64,000 bases of DNA from Gammaproteobacteria bacterium (lineage in GTDB: Bacteria > Pseudomonadota > Gammaproteobacteria > JAJPIJ01): positions 110,431 through 174,430 of the forward strand of contig JAWLAN010000009.1 of the NCBI GenBank assembly GCA_041395385.1, in the 5' to 3' direction. The notes under the pieces are model-generated. The model was given only the letters and a program-made list of their open reading frames with translations. It was not told the origin of the DNA and searched no databases. The position numbers and the translations under genes were made by a program. Shown here piece by piece: positions 59,571 to 64,000 of this stretch (within the stretch, counting starts at the first letter, position 1; each line of letters starts with the position of its first letter).

Positions 59571-60751
59571 CACCGGCAGGGGGCGTGCCCTACGTCCGCC
59601 TGTCGGGGTTTTACTTCGTCTATTTCGCCGTCGTCGGCGCGCTGGTCCCGTACTTCAACCCCTACCTGCAGGCGAACGGCTACGACGCCGAGCAGATCGG
59701 CCAGGCCACCGCGCTGCTGCTGGTCGGGCGCATCGTCGCGCCGGGGATCTGGGGGTGGCTGGCCGATCGCACCGGCCAGCGCCTGCGCATGGTGCAGTCC
59801 ACCACGCTGATGGCGCTCATCGCCTTCGCCGGCGTCTTCTGGGCCGACAGCTTCGCGAAGATGGCGGTGGTGCTGTTGCTCTATGGCCTCTTCTGGAGCG
59901 CCTCGCTGCCGCAGTTCGAGGCGATCACGCTCAATCACCTGGGCGACCGGCTGCAGGACTACACCCGTATTCGCCTCTGGGGCTCCATCGGCTTCATCGT
60001 GACTGCGGGGCTGCTCGGCGCACTGCTGCAGCGCTGGGGCATCTCGCTGCTGCCGGCCATTCTCGTCGGGCTCATCGCGCTGGTGTATCTGGCGGGCGCG
60101 GCCATCCCGCCGGAGCCGCCGTCGCCGCATGTGCACGTGCAGAAGGCGTCGTTCATGGAGATTCTGCGCCGGCGGGGCGTGGCGGTGCTGTTCTTCTCCA
60201 CCTTGGTGATGCAACTCTCCTGCGGGCCGTACTACGCCTTCTACACGATCTTCCTCGAGGAGCGCGGCTACTCGCGCACGGTGGCGGGCCTGCTGTGGGC
60301 GCTCGGCGTCGCGGCCGAAGTGGTGCTGTTCACGGTCATGCACCGGCTGCTGCCGGCGTGGGGGCTGCGCCGGCTCATGCTCATCAGTCTCGCCGCCGGC
60401 GTCCTGCGCTGGCTGATGGTGGGCTACGGCGTGCAGTCCGCGCTCGTCATCGTGCTTGCGCAGCTCATGCACGCGGCGACCTTCGGCATGCATCACGCTG
60501 CCGCGGTGCAATACGTGCACCGATATTTCGTCGGCCGGCACCAGGGGCGCGGGCAGGCGCTGTACAGTTCAATCGCTTACGGCGTCGGCGGCGCGGTGGG
60601 CGCGCTCGTCACCGGTTATCTGTGGACGCACCTCGGGCCGGCGCGCACCTTCGCCGTCGCCGCCCTGGTGTGCGCGATCGGCCTGGTCGCCGCGTGGCGG
60701 TTCCTGGAGGACGACCCGGGCCATCACGCCGGGCGCGCCGCGGCCGCTTGA
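59567..60751 (+). CDS. MFS transporter (HcaT/PPP-family-like, 12 TM)
   Basis: Start [34 protein letters not shown] overlaps the aroC stop (ATGA). Confidence 0.7.
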   Translation: MTPAGGVPYVRLSGFYFVYFAVVGALVPYFNPYLQANGYDAEQIGQATALLLVGRIVAPGIWGWLADRTGQRLRMVQSTTLMALIAFAGVFWADSFAKMAVVLLLYGLFWSASLPQFEAITLNHLGDRLQDYTRIRLWGSIGFIVTAGLLGALLQRWGISLLPAILVGLIALVYLAGAAIPPEPPSPHVHVQKASFMEILRRRGVAVLFFSTLVMQLSCGPYYAFYTIFLEERGYSRTVAGLLWALGVAAEVVLFTVMHRLLPAWGLRRLMLISLAAGVLRWLMVGYGVQSALVIVLAQLMHAATFGMHHAAAVQYVHRYFVGRHQGRGQALYSSIAYGVGGAVGALVTGYLWTHLGPARTFAVAALVCAIGLVAAWRFLEDDPGHHAGRAAAA

Positions 60752-60815
60752 CCTCTTCCGGGGTGCCGCCTAGGCTGGCTGCAACGATCCACGTTCAAAC
60801 CGTGCAGGCTCCGTC

Positions 60816-61577
60816 ATGACGTACTGTCTGGCCGTACAAGTGAAGAGCGGGCTCATCTTCGTCTCCGACTCGCGCACCAATGCCGGTGTCGATCAGGTCA
60901 GCATCTTCAGCAAGATGCACACCTTCGGCCGCGACGGCGATCGGCAACTGATATTGTTGTCGGCGGGCAATCTCGGCACCACGCAGGGTGTGGTCGCGCA
61001 GCTGCACCGCGACATACGCTCCAACGCCGACGAGAATCTCTTCACCATTGCCGATCTGAACGAGGCCGGCGACTACGTCGGCCGCCTCAATCGCGAGCAG
61101 CAGAGCAAGGTCACCGGCGGCGGCGCCACCTTCGAGGCGAGCTTCATCCTCGGCGGGCAGATCGGAGCCGAGCCGCCGGGCGTGCTGCGCATCTATCCGG
61201 AGGGCAACCACATCTGCGCCACCGACGAGACGCCCTACCTGCAGATCGGCGAGAGCAAGTACGGCAAGCCCATCCTCGATCGCATCGTCGCGCCGTCCAC
61301 CAGCCTAGAGCAGGCGGCGCTGTGCGCGCTGGTGTCGATGGACTCGACCATCCGCAGCAACGTCACGGTCGGCCCGCCGATCGAGGTGCTGGTCTACCGC
61401 CGCGACACGCTCACCGCCGGCGACTATCTGAAGCTCGACAACGACAGCGCCTACCTGCGCGATCTGAAGCGCAGCTGGGAGGAAGGCCTGCGGGATGCCT
61501 TCATGAAGCTGCCGCCCATCAACTGGGCGAGTGCCAAGGATCGCGCCGCGGACTCCCGCAACGTCGTCGCCCTCTAA
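60816..61577 (+). CDS. Anbu (ancestral beta-subunit) proteasome-like Ntn hydrolase
   Basis: MTYCLAVQVKSGLIFVSDSRTNAGVDQVSIF... with Thr2 nucleophile; 253 aa, typical Anbu. Confidence 0.8.
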   Translation: MTYCLAVQVKSGLIFVSDSRTNAGVDQVSIFSKMHTFGRDGDRQLILLSAGNLGTTQGVVAQLHRDIRSNADENLFTIADLNEAGDYVGRLNREQQSKVTGGGATFEASFILGGQIGAEPPGVLRIYPEGNHICATDETPYLQIGESKYGKPILDRIVAPSTSLEQAALCALVSMDSTIRSNVTVGPPIEVLVYRRDTLTAGDYLKLDNDSAYLRDLKRSWEEGLRDAFMKLPPINWASAKDRAADSRNVVAL

Positions 61578-61627
61578 AGCGGTCGCCGTGCCCGCGCAGG
61601 CGGTCATCGGCGGCAACTCACGAAAAT

Positions 61628-61840
61628 GGGTTCCCGCTTTCGCGGGAACGACGGGGAGAGGTTCCTTCCGCGCCGACCAAATATCAGAGCGGGAATGCCG
61701 ATCGCGGCTCATGCGCCGTTCCGATCGCGGGGCCGGCGCGCCTTGATGTCGAGCGTAGTCGGGAACGTAGCTCGACATCGCGGTAGCGCGCGGGACAGGA
61801 TGTCCCGCGAGCGGTAGCCGGCCCCGCGATCGGAATGGCG
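61628..61840. repeat. nested palindromic / REP-like element between convergent Anbu and alpha-E genes
   Basis: Hairpin gttcccgc-tttc-gcgggaac (61630-61649). Long IR 61716-61736 vs 61817-61838 (20/21). Inner palindromes gatgtcgagc...gctcgacatc and cgcgggacaggatgtcccgcg. 15-mer ccgcgagcggtagcc shared with 39735-39749. Confidence 0.65.
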
Positions 61841-61874
61841 CGGGCGGACTCGAATTACCGCCGTGCTGTTTGGC

Positions 61875-62831
61875 TCAGGGTTTCGGCGCGAAGGCGAACC
61901 AGTTCGCCGAGACCTCGTTGTGCACGCGTGCGAGCCAGCGCTGCATGGTGTCGATCTGCCTGCGCATCCCGTGGCTCATCAGCCGGGCGATGTCGCGCCG
62001 GCGGACGACGTCGCGCACCTTCTGCACCGTCTCCAGGGGCTGCTCGTGGCGGGGGAACTGCAGCAGGCAGGACTCGACCTCGTTCAGGCAGTGCATCACC
62101 GAGCGCGGGAAGTCCTTGTCGAGCACCAGGTACTTGACCACCTCCACCGCCTTCACGCGCGACTGCACGTGCTGGTGGTACATCTCGTAGGCGCTCATGC
62201 ACAGCAGTACGCTCATCCAGCGGATGTTGGTGAGCGGCGTGGCCAGCGCCCCGGCGACCTGCTGCTGGACGTCGGTGGCCTGCTGGCCGGCCACACCGAG
62301 ATCGATGACGCGCGTGGTCATGTCGGCGCGCTCGATGTTGCGGCCCAGGCGCGCGAAGTGATACGCGGCATCGTGGCTCATGGTGCCGGAGAGCAGGCCG
62401 TTCAGGAGCTGGCAGCGCTCCACCACGTCGCGCAGGAATCCGCTGCGGTGGTTGCGGGCCACCGCCTTGCCGGCATGCTCCTTCACCTGCCAGTAGGTGT
62501 CGTTGATGAGCTCCCAGGCCTCCGTCGGGATGACCTCGCGCGTGGTGCGCGCGTTCTCGCGGGCGTTCTGCACCGATTGCAGGATGGAGGAGGGGTTGTG
62601 CTCGTCGGGCAGCATGAAGCGCACGACGTGCCGCTCCTCGGCGACGCCATAGCGATCGACGTAGCTCGCGTGCACCCCCAGGACCTCCACCATCACCTCC
62701 CACAGCGCCGTGGCCTCGCGCGGCGCGCCGAGGATCATCTCGGTCACCGCGTTGACCATGCGTGCGGTGTTCTCGGCGCGCTCCATGTAGCGGCCGGTCC
62801 AGTACATCCTCTCTGCCACGCGCGAGAGCAT
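61875..62831 (-). CDS. alpha-E domain protein (DUF403)
   Basis: Start MLSRVAERMYWTGRYMERAENTARMV, the canonical alpha-E N-terminus; 318 aa. ATG 2 nt after the upstream ATP-grasp stop. Confidence 0.75.
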   Translation of the reverse strand: MLSRVAERMYWTGRYMERAENTARMVNAVTEMILGAPREATALWEVMVEVLGVHASYVDRYGVAEERHVVRFMLPDEHNPSSILQSVQNARENARTTREVIPTEAWELINDTYWQVKEHAGKAVARNHRSGFLRDVVERCQLLNGLLSGTMSHDAAYHFARLGRNIERADMTTRVIDLGVAGQQATDVQQQVAGALATPLTNIRWMSVLLCMSAYEMYHQHVQSRVKAVEVVKYLVLDKDFPRSVMHCLNEVESCLLQFPRHEQPLETVQKVRDVVRRRDIARLMSHGMRRQIDTMQRWLARVHNEVSANWFAFAPKP

Positions 62832-62833
62832 GA

Positions 62834-64000
62834 TCAGGCCTTCCTCCTGTCCTCGGGCGTGGCGACGATCCAGGTGTCCTTGCTGCCGCCGCCCTGCGAG
62901 GAGTTCACCACGTAGGAGCCCTTCACCAGCGCCACGCGCGTCAGCCCGCCCGCGGTCACGTAGGTGTCCTTGGCCTGCAGGATGAAGGGGCGCAGGTCGA
63001 CGTGACGCGGCTCGATGCGATTGCCGCACAGCGTCGGCACGGTCGACAGCGTGATGAGCGGCTGTGCGACGTAGTTGCGCGGGTCGGCCTGGATGCGGCG
63101 CTTGAATTCCGCGATCTCGCGCCGGCTCGCCTGCGGGCCGATCAGCATGCCGTAGCCGCCGGACTCGTTCGCCGGCTTGATCACCAGCTTGTCGACGTTC
63201 GCGAGCACGTGCTCGCGCTGCTTCTCGTCCATGCAGAGATAGGTCGGTACGTTCGGCAGGATGGGGTCCTCGTCGAGATAGTAGCGGATCATCTCCGGCA
63301 CGTAGGCGTACACCGCCTTGTCGTCGGCCACGCCGCAGCCCGGCGCGTTGACCAGCGCCACGTTGCCGTGGTGCCAGGCGCGCATCAGCCCGCGCACGCC
63401 GAGCATGGAGTCCGGGTTGAAGGTCTGCGGGTCGAGGAACAGGTCGTCGATGCGGCGGTAGATCACGTCCACGCGCGAGAGACCGGAGATGGTGCGCATG
63501 TACACGCAGTCGTCGTCGCTGACCACCAGGTCGGAGCCCTCGACCAGCTCCACGCCCATCTCGCGGGCGAGGAAGGCGTGCTCGAAGTACGCCGAGTTGT
63601 AGATCCCCGGGGTGAGCACCACGATCTCCGGCTTGTCCTGCTGCCGCGGGCTGAGCGACACCATCATCTCGAACAGCCGCTCGGTGTAGTCGTCCACGGG
63701 CAGGATCTCCTGGTCCGCGAACAGCTCCGGCAGCACGCGCTTGGTGAGCATGCGGTTCTCGATCATGTAGGACACGCCCGAGGGCACGCGCAGGTTGTCC
63801 TCCAGGACGTAGAGGGTGCCGTCCTTGTCGCGCACCAGATCGGTGCCGCAGATGTGGGCCCAGGCACCATATCGAGGCTGCATGCCCACGCACTGGGGGC
63901 GGAAATTCTTCGACTTGGCGAGCACCGCCTCCGGCACCACGCCGGCGCGCAGGATGCGCTGGGCGTTGTAGACGTCGTGGATGAAGCAGTTCAGCGCCGT
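62834..64000 (-). CDS. circularly permuted ATP-grasp type 2 protein (partial; N-terminus beyond window end)
   Basis: C-terminal about 390 aa of a CP-ATPgrasp_2 protein. The frame stays open to the window edge (...[29 protein letters not shown]...). Confidence 0.75.
   Translation of the reverse strand, partial: TALNCFIHDVYNAQRILRAGVVPEAVLAKSKNFRPQCVGMQPRYGAWAHICGTDLVRDKDGTLYVLEDNLRVPSGVSYMIENRMLTKRVLPELFADQEILPVDDYTERLFEMMVSLSPRQQDKPEIVVLTPGIYNSAYFEHAFLAREMGVELVEGSDLVVSDDDCVYMRTISGLSRVDVIYRRIDDLFLDPQTFNPDSMLGVRGLMRAWHHGNVALVNAPGCGVADDKAVYAYVPEMIRYYLDEDPILPNVPTYLCMDEKQREHVLANVDKLVIKPANESGGYGMLIGPQASRREIAEFKRRIQADPRNYVAQPLITLSTVPTLCGNRIEPRHVDLRPFILQAKDTYVTAGGLTRVALVKGSYVVNSSQGGGSKDTWIVATPEDRRKA

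Overview
This is a high-GC (about 68%) proteobacterial chromosomal segment, densely packed with about 65 protein-coding genes. I found no rRNA, tRNA, CRISPR array, transposase or integrase. The 5' third carries conserved housekeeping genes: spoT (N-terminus, window edge), rpoZ, gmk, yicC, rph, rdgB, hemW, a Zn-alcohol dehydrogenase, cstA with its small ybdD-like partner, exoD, uppP, a CaCA exchanger, a PQQ dehydrogenase, and rnfE directly coupled to nth. The most unusual locus is at 16.7-29.1 kb. It is a tightly packed, largely translationally coupled gene string: DUF1841, then a complete partner-switching module (GAF-PP2C phosphatase, RsbW-like kinase, DSSG-motif STAS protein), then an MlaE/MlaF/MlaD-like lipid ABC transporter with a PqiC-like lipoprotein and a CHASE2 nucleotidyl cyclase. 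Downstream, a convergent FHA / PP2C / CHASE2-Ser/Thr-kinase operon faces this string across a bidirectional terminator. After fdxA, an ABCB transporter, a MEKHLA protein, mutS, htpG and prmB, a roughly 19 kb accessory-looking segment separates prmB from aroC. That segment contains a REP-like repeat mosaic, MoxR-VWA-Zn-metallopeptidase genes, btaA-btaB (betaine-lipid synthesis), transporters, methyltransferases, GST/DinB/YciI stress genes, an orphan hicB next to a disrupted hicA, and a low-GC (about 50%) gene of unknown function. The window ends with a rearranged Anbu (proteasome-like) locus, where Anbu is convergent to alpha-E and CP-ATP-grasp genes across nested palindromes. Many long antisense ORFs in the track are high-GC shadows and were rejected.
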